From an uncultured Prevotella sp. (GTDB lineage Bacteria > Bacteroidota > Bacteroidia > Bacteroidales > Bacteroidaceae): 64,000 nucleotides of DNA. Shown here piece by piece: positions 38,906 through 47,558 of this stretch. The stretch is taken from the NCBI RefSeq assembly GCF_900546575.1, contig NZ_URDM01000005.1, one strand, 5' to 3'. Below the pieces are notes generated by a model. It was given only the letters and a program-made list of their open reading frames with translations, did no database searches and was not told where the DNA came from. Position numbers and translations under genes: made by a program. The number at the start of each line of letters is the position of its first letter. Positions within the stretch are counted from its first letter, which is position 1.

Positions 38906-39838
38906 ATGAGAAGAAAGAGATTTCAGAATCGTGTTGCCGAGAGCCGCATTTCGTTGCCTGCAACGGGTGTGTATGCTTTTATAGTGTGTCTGTTGGGTGG
39001 TATGTTTGGCGAGCATATGTGGATACAGTTCGCTCTGCTCGCAGTTTCTGCATTTTTAATGATGGAGCTCAACAACTCCAATGCCTTGATACGTATCTAC
39101 AGTCGTATGGTGTCGTGCTCATTCATAGTTTTGGCTGTGATGTCATACTTCCTTTTTGTTGACATTAAGTGTGGCATTGTGCAGACGTGCTTCATTGCTT
39201 TCTATCTGTTTCTTTTCAGTACTTACCAAAGCCGTGCTTCTGTAGGCAGGGTGTTTTATGCTTTCGCCATGCTTGGCTTGGCCAGCATTTACTATGTGCA
39301 GATATTGTATTTTGTACCTGTAATATGGGTGTTGATGGCCACAAACATAATGAATGGTTGCGCTCGTATTTATGTAGCGTCTTTGTTGGGTCTGTTGGTT
39401 CCTTATTGGTTTGCAGCAGGCTATTATGCCTTTACCGATCAGTTGTCGTTGTTTGACGACCATTTTGCTGCTCTTCTGTGTTTGGATTCACAGTCGGTAT
39501 GGCTTGATGTTCCTTTGGCGCAAATTCTTACCATAGCATTCGTCGCTCTTTTGGCAATAGTTGGAATGATTAACTTCCGACTGAACAATTATCGTGACAA
39601 GATACGTACACGAATGCTGTTCGATTTCTTCTCGGTGATGATTGTATTTACTCTTATCTTTATGGTATTTCAGCCCACAAATATGCATTTCCTTCTTGCA
39701 ATTCTTATTGTGAGTGCTTCACCTCTGATAGGCCATTTCATATCGCTCACCAATTCGTTGGTAACAAATCTCGTATTCTTCTTAATGCTTGTGGCTACGC
39801 TTGCTCTGACATTTTGTAATGTATGGATACGATTCTGA
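38906..39838 (+). CDS. Conserved polytopic membrane protein (DUF6427-like)
   Basis: About 9 TM; 310 aa; position between purD and yqaA is typical of Bacteroidales. Confidence 0.75.
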   Translation: MRRKRFQNRVAESRISLPATGVYAFIVCLLGGMFGEHMWIQFALLAVSAFLMMELNNSNALIRIYSRMVSCSFIVLAVMSYFLFVDIKCGIVQTCFIAFYLFLFSTYQSRASVGRVFYAFAMLGLASIYYVQILYFVPVIWVLMATNIMNGCARIYVASLLGLLVPYWFAAGYYAFTDQLSLFDDHFAALLCLDSQSVWLDVPLAQILTIAFVALLAIVGMINFRLNNYRDKIRTRMLFDFFSVMIVFTLIFMVFQPTNMHFLLAILIVSASPLIGHFISLTNSLVTNLVFFLMLVATLALTFCNVWIRF

Positions 39839-40275
39839 ATTTTCTAGTTGATTGGGGATATTGGGGAATGCTTGCTGCAGCATTTCTTGCTGGCAGTTTC
39901 TTTCCCTTCAGCAGCGAGGCTGTTATGCTGGCCTTGCAAGCAGCAGGCTTGGATCCGGTATGGCTTGTCGTTTATGGTACGATAGGCAACATCTTGGGTT
40001 CGGTATTTAACTATTGTGTAGGTAGGATGGGCAATCTTGTATGGATTGAACGTTATCTGCATGTAAGCCGTGAGAGTATTGAAAAAGCCGAAAAGTTTAT
40101 GGCAGGACGAGGAGCCTGGATGGGATTCTTTGCCTTTTTGCCATTGCTTGGCAGCGCCATAACGATAGCTCTCGGATTGATGCGTGCCAATGTTGCCATT
40201 TCGCTTATTAGTATAAGTATCGGCAAATTGTTGCGTTATGCCGTTCTGGTATTTGGTGCGTCGCTTTTTATTTAA
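39823..40275 (+). CDS. YqaA/DedA (VTT) family membrane protein
   Basis: FLAGSFFPFSSE, GNILGS, GKLLRY. Confidence 0.88.
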   Translation: MDTILNFLVDWGYWGMLAAAFLAGSFFPFSSEAVMLALQAAGLDPVWLVVYGTIGNILGSVFNYCVGRMGNLVWIERYLHVSRESIEKAEKFMAGRGAWMGFFAFLPLLGSAITIALGLMRANVAISLISISIGKLLRYAVLVFGASLFI

Positions 40276-40288
40276 TAGTCTTTTATTC

Positions 40289-41281
40289 TTATGAGTTTAT
40301 AGCTCCACAGTTGTCGCACACTCCCTTATGTCGAAGTCTGGCCCCGCAGTTGCCACATACATAAGGGTAGTAATTGTTCTTGGCATACTGTCTTATAGCA
40401 ATTGTCATATAAGCTATAAGTAATATGTAACCTATATAATAAAGTGTGCTCACGCTGAAGATGATGTAGTTGGCTGCACAGACAGCTCCCAAACCGCACA
40501 TGTAGAGTGTAGCGTGAGCGAAAGGCAACTTGTGGTAGACATCATCTATTGTTGCTATTGCCATCACTATCATAGCCCATACCGATGCTATGAAAATGGC
40601 GAGTATCGGAGGCAATGAGAAAGGATTGAGTGATGGGTGGAAATAGAAATGACGCCACACATCAGGTGCAAACAGTTGTATGCTCGAATAGAACGTGGCT
40701 GCCATAGCAACGGTCAATGCGAGCAGAGTGGGATAGAACGAGTGTATGTCGTTGAAGTGTACTGCCTTCACGTGTTTCTGTTTAATGCTGTAAGCCAGAT
40801 AACTCATAGCTATTACACTAATAATGATAAGAAACACGAGCAAGTGGGTGTCGGAGAATGTAGATATGAATTGCGATATAGGATCATCAGGCACTACCGA
40901 CTGCATAAGTCGGCTTTCGTGTATCCATCCGAATGTGTATTGGTCGCGGGCCAACTGTATCCATACAGAATCGGTCGGGTCATTCTTTAGCAATCGAATG
41001 TCTACAACTACCAGATGGTCGCCTCTCTTCACGAGGAAAGAGTCGGTATGCAATCCGTTGAGTTTCTCCTCAGGTTGCTGGCGTAGCAACGACAGCGTGT
41101 CGCTCTTCACCACGAAATTATAATTTTGTGCGTAATGATGAGTACTATAGAACGAACTGTCGGCATAGTTCATTGCGTTGGTTGTTGTATATGCGTCGTG
41201 TTGCCTTGTCTTGGTGTGGTAGCACCCCGACAAAGTCATCAGTCCGACAATCATTACTATAATCAATCTGGCTCTCATCAT
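40289..41281 (-). CDS. Uncharacterised lipoprotein/membrane protein with C-terminal zinc ribbon
   Basis: Lipobox LSGC; about 5 TM; CGNC...CDNC at the C-terminus. Confidence 0.75.
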   Translation of the reverse strand: MMRARLIIVMIVGLMTLSGCYHTKTRQHDAYTTTNAMNYADSSFYSTHHYAQNYNFVVKSDTLSLLRQQPEEKLNGLHTDSFLVKRGDHLVVVDIRLLKNDPTDSVWIQLARDQYTFGWIHESRLMQSVVPDDPISQFISTFSDTHLLVFLIIISVIAMSYLAYSIKQKHVKAVHFNDIHSFYPTLLALTVAMAATFYSSIQLFAPDVWRHFYFHPSLNPFSLPPILAIFIASVWAMIVMAIATIDDVYHKLPFAHATLYMCGLGAVCAANYIIFSVSTLYYIGYILLIAYMTIAIRQYAKNNYYPYVCGNCGARLRHKGVCDNCGAINS

Positions 41282-41323
41282 TATTATTTGTTTTTTCGTT
41301 CAGTCTCTTTCTTCTGCAAGAAG

Positions 41324-43267
41324 TTAGTCAGTTGCGTAAACTTCCATTTGGCATTTCGCACAATTGAAAGTCAGTCGTACCTGTCTTCCGTCTGCCGACT
41401 CTAGGAATAGAGGTTCTTTCCATGTAGGTTGCTTGCCACCTCTTTTTACGCAGAATCCCATAGCGTAGCGCAGACAATATCGGCAGGTCATAAGTGGAGT
41501 GTTGGCATGTGGCGTGCCGTAAGTCTTTGCGCCAGAGCGTGCTCCGTCGGTCAATTCAAAGGCTGCGGCAGCATGCTTTACTCCGTGCTCCTCGTAGAAG
41601 GCTTCAGCTCGGTGGTTGGCTACATTGGCGGCAGTAATCTTTTCTGCTTCAATAAAGCGTTTGTTGACAATATTATTCTCTTTGCTTGCGTACGCCTTCT
41701 TCTGCACATCTTCATTTCCGCCCATGTCTATCGGCTGTTCCTCTATCTGTGCTATCACTTCACGTCGCATTGCTGCGAGTTTACTTGATGGAATGAACAG
41801 ACTTGCCACACCACCATTCAGTCTTGTATTGCCAGGACGGAACATAGTATTACCCAGTTTTTCGAGTTGGCGTATAATGTTCTCGCTTTGTGGCTTCTGC
41901 GCCTCCTGTAGCGGTTCGTCGAGTGTGGCAAATGCCTTGCGTCCTGTCTCGTCTATTGCTTTGAGCACAATCTTGCCACAGTCAACACCTATAGTCATAT
42001 CAAGTGTCAGTTTGCGTTCGGCAGTCTTGCTCTCCATAGCACGTTCAAACACCATATCGTTGTTGCGGTAGAGTGCCATACCAGCCTTTAATTCTTCTGG
42101 CATTGATAGCGGGAAGAGGCGGTTGTTCTCTACACGGTTTACCCGGAAGCCATGCAGCTTGTGGTCGGGAGTAAAGAAGCACAGACCGTCACCATTGGCA
42201 AACATGGCCGTTCCTGCAACGTTGAACGACCCACGTCTTATTTCCTTGACGTAGCCCACATATTCGCCCATTGCCTTAGGAGTATCGAACGAAGAAATGT
42301 CGTCGCGCCGACCATCAAGGAAGTAGTGTGTGAAGCCTCTGTTGAATGTTTTTGCAAGGTTAGGAATAAAAGTGTATTCAGCCTTGCCCCATGAGCTACG
42401 GCGGTACTTGCCAGGATTGTCTTCAATTATTTCGTCAAGTTGTTGGCTATATGCCGCAACTACATTCTTTACGTAAGCCGCATCCTTCAGTCGTCCCTCA
42501 ATTTTCAGCGATGTCGCTCCTGCTTCTATAATATCTTCCAAACGATCGAGTTGCTTCATGTCCTTGAGCGAAAGCAGATGGCTCGCACGGCGTATTGTAT
42601 CACCTCGACTGTCTTTAAGGTCGAATGCCAGACGACAGAACTGTGCGCATTCGCCACGATTGGCACTACGTCTGAAGCAATGATGTGAGGCATAGCACGC
42701 TCCAGAATAGCTCACGCACAAGGCTCCATGAACAAACACTTCAAGTTCTGTATGTGGTACAGCCTTATGCACCTCGCGTATCTCGTCAAGCGACAATTCG
42801 CGGGCCAATACTACACGACTGAAGCCGACGCTTGTGAGCCATGCTGCTTTTTCGGCCGATCGATTGTCTGTCTGTGTGCTGGCATGTAGTTCTGGCATGC
42901 GCTGTCCCTGCATTTCTGGTTCTGAGGCTACCTCTCTCATCATCTCAACCACAGCCATGTCCTGCACCAATATGGCATCAATGCCTGCCTTGACAATGTG
43001 CCGTAGCAGTTGCTTGGCATTTGCCAGTTCGTTTTCATATACGATGGTGTTGACTGTTACGTAGACACGGGCTCCGAACTTATGAGCGTATTTGGCAAGT
43101 TCTGCTATATCCTCGATACTGTTGCCGGCAGCCTGACGCGCTCCAAACTCATTGGCACCAATGTACACAGCATCGGCACCATGGTCAATGGCGATAATGC
43201 CATGCTCAAGATTCTTGGCAGGAGCGAGGAGTTCTATGTGGCGTGGTTGTATTTTGTTTTGATTCAT
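41324..43267 (-). CDS. U32 family protein, long form (RlhA-like RNA hydroxylase)
   Basis: ELLAPA, GADAVYIG, HASTQ, VLAREL, HGALCVSYSGAC, RGECAQFCR, KIEGRLK. Confidence 0.9.
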   Translation of the reverse strand: MNQNKIQPRHIELLAPAKNLEHGIIAIDHGADAVYIGANEFGARQAAGNSIEDIAELAKYAHKFGARVYVTVNTIVYENELANAKQLLRHIVKAGIDAILVQDMAVVEMMREVASEPEMQGQRMPELHASTQTDNRSAEKAAWLTSVGFSRVVLARELSLDEIREVHKAVPHTELEVFVHGALCVSYSGACYASHHCFRRSANRGECAQFCRLAFDLKDSRGDTIRRASHLLSLKDMKQLDRLEDIIEAGATSLKIEGRLKDAAYVKNVVAAYSQQLDEIIEDNPGKYRRSSWGKAEYTFIPNLAKTFNRGFTHYFLDGRRDDISSFDTPKAMGEYVGYVKEIRRGSFNVAGTAMFANGDGLCFFTPDHKLHGFRVNRVENNRLFPLSMPEELKAGMALYRNNDMVFERAMESKTAERKLTLDMTIGVDCGKIVLKAIDETGRKAFATLDEPLQEAQKPQSENIIRQLEKLGNTMFRPGNTRLNGGVASLFIPSSKLAAMRREVIAQIEEQPIDMGGNEDVQKKAYASKENNIVNKRFIEAEKITAANVANHRAEAFYEEHGVKHAAAAFELTDGARSGAKTYGTPHANTPLMTCRYCLRYAMGFCVKRGGKQPTWKEPLFLESADGRQVRLTFNCAKCQMEVYATD

Positions 43268-43305
43268 AATGCTTGAATAAAAAGTAGTGGGGTGGAACTT
43301 TCCTT

Positions 43306-44223
43306 CTACCCAATCTCCTCAATATTATACGGAGTCTCCTGGTAGATATAATAGTTTATCCAATTGCTGAACAGCAGATTAGCATGAGCCCTCCATGTTA
43401 CATGTGGCTTTTGGCTTGGATCGTCGCCTATATAGTAGTTCTTGGGCATTTCGACATCGTCACGTTTGCCCATGTCTCTACGGTATTCGCTGTCGAGCGT
43501 ATATGGTGAGTATTCCATGTGTCCCGTGACAAATATCTGTCTTCCTCCACGTGCCATCACTATGCTCACACCGCTCTCTGGCGATTCGGCTATAATGTTC
43601 AGTTCCAGGTGCTTCTCTATATCCTCACGTCTTACTTCTGTATGTCGGCTGTGTGGCATGCAGAACGAGTCGTCGAAGCCACGGAATAAGGGAATGTGCG
43701 GAGTGAGCGGATATTGACGGAACACACCGAACTTCTTCTTTGGCAATTGGTGTTTGGGTACTCCATAGTGATAATAGAGTCCGGCTTGTGCAGCCCAGCA
43801 GATGTACATAGTGCTTGTAACGTGAGTGTCGGCCCATTCAAACACTTGCGTTATCTCGTCCCAATAGCCCACGTCTTCAAATTCCAGATGTTCTATAGGC
43901 GCACCGGTTATAATCATTCCGTCAAACTTCTCGTTCTTCAATACATCAAAATCTTTGTAGAACATCATCATGTGCTCTATTGGTGTATTTTTGGAAGTGT
44001 GGCTCTTCAGTTTCATGAAGTATATTTCCATCTGCAGCGGAGTGTTGGAAAGCAGGCGCACGAGATCGGTCTCGGTCGTTATCTTCAGCGGCATGAGATT
44101 GAGAATCACAATGCGAAGCGGTCGTATATCCTGACTCGTAGCTCGTGAATTGTCCATCACGAATATGTTCTCCTGCTTGAGGAGCTCGATGGCGGGGAGT
44201 TTATCGGGTAATCTTAAAGGCAT
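43306..44223 (-). CDS. metA: MetA-family homoserine O-acyltransferase (probably acetyltransferase)
   Basis: [41 protein letters not shown]. Confidence 0.96.
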   Translation of the reverse strand: MPLRLPDKLPAIELLKQENIFVMDNSRATSQDIRPLRIVILNLMPLKITTETDLVRLLSNTPLQMEIYFMKLKSHTSKNTPIEHMMMFYKDFDVLKNEKFDGMIITGAPIEHLEFEDVGYWDEITQVFEWADTHVTSTMYICWAAQAGLYYHYGVPKHQLPKKKFGVFRQYPLTPHIPLFRGFDDSFCMPHSRHTEVRREDIEKHLELNIIAESPESGVSIVMARGGRQIFVTGHMEYSPYTLDSEYRRDMGKRDDVEMPKNYYIGDDPSQKPHVTWRAHANLLFSNWINYYIYQETPYNIEEIG

Positions 44224-44284
44224 ATATTATTGTGTTTTTATATTATCGTGCAAAGTTACTCAATTATTTGCACAACTTTTTTAT

Positions 44285-46120
44285 TTAGAATGGGAAAATC
44301 AGCGGTAACACCACAATCATCACCAGTCCCATGATGATTTGCAACGGCAGTCCCACCTTGATGTAGTCCATGAACGAGTAGCCGCCTGCCTGCATTACGA
44401 GTGCGTTTGGTGGTGTGGAGAATGGCGAGGCGAAGCACATACTTGCTCCCAATGTCACAGCAAAGAGCATGGGGTAGGGGCTTACGCCTATTGCTGCTGC
44501 TGACGTAAGTGCTATGGGCGACATTAGTACAGCTGTTGCGGTATTGCTGATGAACATTGTCAGAAGCGATGTGGTGAAGTAGACACCAGCGAGCAGAGCA
44601 TAAGGACTTGCCTGTCCGAGGTTGTCGGCCAGAAGACTTGCTACCATTGCCGATGCTCCTGTCTTTTCCAATGCCACCGACATGGGCAGCATGGCAGCGA
44701 TGAGCACTATGCTCTCCCAGTTTATGGTCTTGTATGCAGCTTCTACAGAGCGTATACATCCGGTGATGACCATAAGCAGTCCTGCCACCATAACGGCCGT
44801 GACGGGGGCTATGGGTATGAAATCGAACACCATAGTAAGAATCATCAATAGCATTATGGCTGCTGCGAGCGGTGCCTTGTAGTCGAGTGTCACGCGAGAT
44901 GCCTCTTCCAATGGTTGTCCCATCACAACTATGCCGTCGGCCACGTCGGCTATGCGCGAGATATTCTTCCATTTGCCTTGTATCAGAATGATGTCACCTT
45001 GACGGAATGTCATGTCTGCAAGGCCGTCTGTTATGTAGTTCTCGCCACGACGCACACCAAGTGCATTGACGTTATACAGACGGCGCAATCCAGTCTCTTT
45101 AAGAGTTTTGCCACACAAACGTGAGTTGTGCATCAGCACTACCTCGGCTATACCAATGTCGTAGAAAGCCAGTTCCTCACTTGTCTTGTTGAGCTTCATG
45201 TCGGCAGCGAACTGCATAGCTTGTGCAGGATCACCACTTACGTATACTATATCGCCTTCGGTGAGCTTGGTATCAGGACCAGCAAGACGCTGTTCCACTT
45301 CTTTCATCAGTGGTGAACGGGGCTGTTTGATGCGACGTACTTCAAGTACGGTCAGCCCGTAGCGGTGATGAATGTCAAGCTCGGCAAGTGTTTTATTGTT
45401 GGCTATTGACAGCTTGCCTACGGCGAATACCGAGAGATTGCCCTTCAGATTGTATTCTTCCATTAGGTCATCGAGCGATTTGGCTCGCTTCTTGCCAGTC
45501 TCGCCGTCCTGGCGCTGCTTGCCTCCGTTGAGGATGTGCTTGCTCAACGGCAGCAGCACAACTATGCCTACGATTATGCAGACAATACCTACGGGCAGGA
45601 AACTGAAGAACTTCAATGGCTCAAAACCGTTCTCGGTCAGGGCTTCTTGAATGACGAGGTTGGGCGGAGTACCGATGAGCGTAAGCATACCGCCCATACT
45701 GCTGGCAAAGGCAAGAGGCATAAGTAGTCGACTGGCACGCATTTTTGCCTTTTGCGCAAGACTTACTACTATAGGCATCATTAGGGCTACGGTTCCTGTA
45801 TTGCTCACGAAAGCACCTATCACCGCTGTTACTACCATCAACAGCAGAAACAGACAGAGTTCGCTGTCGCCTGCCAAGGTCATCAGCTTACCAGATGCTT
45901 TCTTTGCCAATCCGGTTTGCACGATGGCACCTCCTACAACAAACAGTCCCACCATCATTATTACTACCGAGTTGGAAAATCCAGACAGGGCTTCCTGAGG
46001 TGTGAGTATTCCGGTGAGCAGTAGGGCGACGAGGGCGCACAAAGCGACGAGGTCGGAGCGAACTTTGCCCATGGCGAAGAACACAGCCGAAAGAACTAAG
46101 ATAATAATGGTTGTTGTCAT
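44285..46120 (-). CDS. SLC13/DASS-type permease with two TrkA-C domains
   Basis: FVSNTG, LIGTPPN, FISNTAT, PFSTPPN; soluble central RCK-C region; start MTTT; -7 element at 46149-46156. Confidence 0.88.
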   Translation of the reverse strand: MTTTIIILVLSAVFFAMGKVRSDLVALCALVALLLTGILTPQEALSGFSNSVVIMMVGLFVVGGAIVQTGLAKKASGKLMTLAGDSELCLFLLLMVVTAVIGAFVSNTGTVALMMPIVVSLAQKAKMRASRLLMPLAFASSMGGMLTLIGTPPNLVIQEALTENGFEPLKFFSFLPVGIVCIIVGIVVLLPLSKHILNGGKQRQDGETGKKRAKSLDDLMEEYNLKGNLSVFAVGKLSIANNKTLAELDIHHRYGLTVLEVRRIKQPRSPLMKEVEQRLAGPDTKLTEGDIVYVSGDPAQAMQFAADMKLNKTSEELAFYDIGIAEVVLMHNSRLCGKTLKETGLRRLYNVNALGVRRGENYITDGLADMTFRQGDIILIQGKWKNISRIADVADGIVVMGQPLEEASRVTLDYKAPLAAAIMLLMILTMVFDFIPIAPVTAVMVAGLLMVITGCIRSVEAAYKTINWESIVLIAAMLPMSVALEKTGASAMVASLLADNLGQASPYALLAGVYFTTSLLTMFISNTATAVLMSPIALTSAAAIGVSPYPMLFAVTLGASMCFASPFSTPPNALVMQAGGYSFMDYIKVGLPLQIIMGLVMIVVLPLIFPF

Positions 46121-46232
46121 GTGATTGTCGTATTTTCCTTTTTGATTACAAAGATAACTCAAATAGAAGAAAGTACAAAAAAGAAAGCGTTATTTATTAT
46201 TTTAACCCTTTAGAAAGTATTATAATACTACT

Positions 46233-46282
46233 TGGTCAAGTAATATATAATACTTTGCCATTTTATATATATTACTTGACCA
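46233..46282. repeat. 17-bp perfect inverted repeat at the ttcA 3' end (possible terminator)
   Basis: TGGTCAAGTAATATATA / TATATATTACTTGACCA. Confidence 0.7.
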
Positions 46283-46283
46283 T

Positions 46284-47024
46284 TTAATATATATTGCTTT
46301 TGCTGACGATTTTTCCTTCCTTTTCCAAAGCGTGCCAAATAGAATACCGCGCTTCCGGATTTATGCGTTCTATCTCCTCAAATACTCTCCGCATATCTGT
46401 ACGGTTGGACACTTTTTCGTAAGGGCAATTCTTCAGTTGTTTCTCATAACTGCACAGGCTTGCATATTCCTTGATGTCGCTCTCCTTGAGCAGACACAAA
46501 GGTCGGATTATAGTAAGTAGCATCTTGGTCATTTGCATTACGGCTGGCATTGTTGAGAATGAGCCTTGAAAGAATTGGTTGAGCATAGCCGTGTGTATGA
46601 TGTCGTCCATGTGGTGACCAAGGGCTATCTTGTTGAAGTTGAAATCCTGGGCAAAACGGAAAAGTGCCTTACGGCGGTGCCATGAGCATAGAAAACAGGC
46701 TGGCTTGTCTGTTTTGTTTGTATCGTCAAATTCTGTGGTGATGACATGTAGTCTTACTCCATGTTCGTTTGCAAATCGTTCCAAATAAGAAGTGTCCGAT
46801 TCGTAATGGATGTTTTTCATGCGTACATGTACGGCTTCAACTTCTATTCGGGGCTTGAATATACGCTGGCGACGTGCGAGCATCTCAAGCAAACACAACG
46901 AGTCTTTTCCTCCTGAGAGTCCGATGAGGATACGGTCGCCGTCGGCGAGCATAGAGTAGTCGGTGAGTGCCTTTTGAAACTGCTTGTAGAGTTGATGGTT
47001 AAGAATCTGTTGGCGGGTTCTCAT
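46284..47024 (-). CDS. ttcA: tRNA 2-thiocytidine synthetase TtcA family
   Basis: SGGKDS PP-loop, CFLC..RR, ALGHHMDD, IIRPL. Confidence 0.88.
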   Translation of the reverse strand: MRTRQQILNHQLYKQFQKALTDYSMLADGDRILIGLSGGKDSLCLLEMLARRQRIFKPRIEVEAVHVRMKNIHYESDTSYLERFANEHGVRLHVITTEFDDTNKTDKPACFLCSWHRRKALFRFAQDFNFNKIALGHHMDDIIHTAMLNQFFQGSFSTMPAVMQMTKMLLTIIRPLCLLKESDIKEYASLCSYEKQLKNCPYEKVSNRTDMRRVFEEIERINPEARYSIWHALEKEGKIVSKSNIY

Positions 47025-47066
47025 TTCTTGAGATAATAAATCGTGAAACTAACGCATTCTGTCCGT

Positions 47067-47432
47067 TTACTTGAATACGAGATAAACGGCTGCAATAATG
47101 AAAACGAAGGCAAGCAGGTGGTTCCATTTCAAGGTCTCTCCCTGGAACATAATGTTAGCAATGAGTGCGAACACAATAAGACTGATGCACTCTTGCACCA
47201 CTTTCAATTGAACTAACGAGAAAGGGCCTCCATTGCCTTGAAAACCAATACGGTTGGCTGGTACCTGACAACAATACTCAAAAAATGCTATTCCCCATGA
47301 AAATGCAATAACACCAATCAATGGCCAATGGCTTGACACACCTGTCTGCTGAAGTTTCAAATGTCCATACCATGCCAATGTCATGAAAATGTTAGAAAGA
47401 ATAAGTAAAATAATAGTGTAGAATCCTGACAT
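47067..47432 (-). CDS. DMT family small membrane protein (DUF486-like)
   Basis: SNIFMTLAWYGHL, SWGIAFFEY, QVPANRIG, QLKVVQE; start MSGFY. Confidence 0.85.
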   Translation of the reverse strand: MSGFYTIILLILSNIFMTLAWYGHLKLQQTGVSSHWPLIGVIAFSWGIAFFEYCCQVPANRIGFQGNGGPFSLVQLKVVQECISLIVFALIANIMFQGETLKWNHLLAFVFIIAAVYLVFK

Positions 47433-47449
47433 ATTAGTTAATTTATTAC

Positions 47450-47547
47450 AGCCCCACTTCCAGCCCATCCACGCAGGGAGGAGAGATTTCTTTGCAATCT
47501 GTACATATTACTCCCCTCCCTGCGGGGGAGGGGTTGGGGGTAGGGCT
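47450..47547. repeat. REP/MITE-like GC-rich fold-back element
   Basis: About 36-bp imperfect inverted arms AGCCCCACTTCCAGCCCATCCACGCAGGGAGGAGAG / CTCCCCTCCCTGCGGGGGAGGGGTTGGGGGTAGGGCT. Confidence 0.75.
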
Positions 47548-47558
47548 CATGTTTTTTG

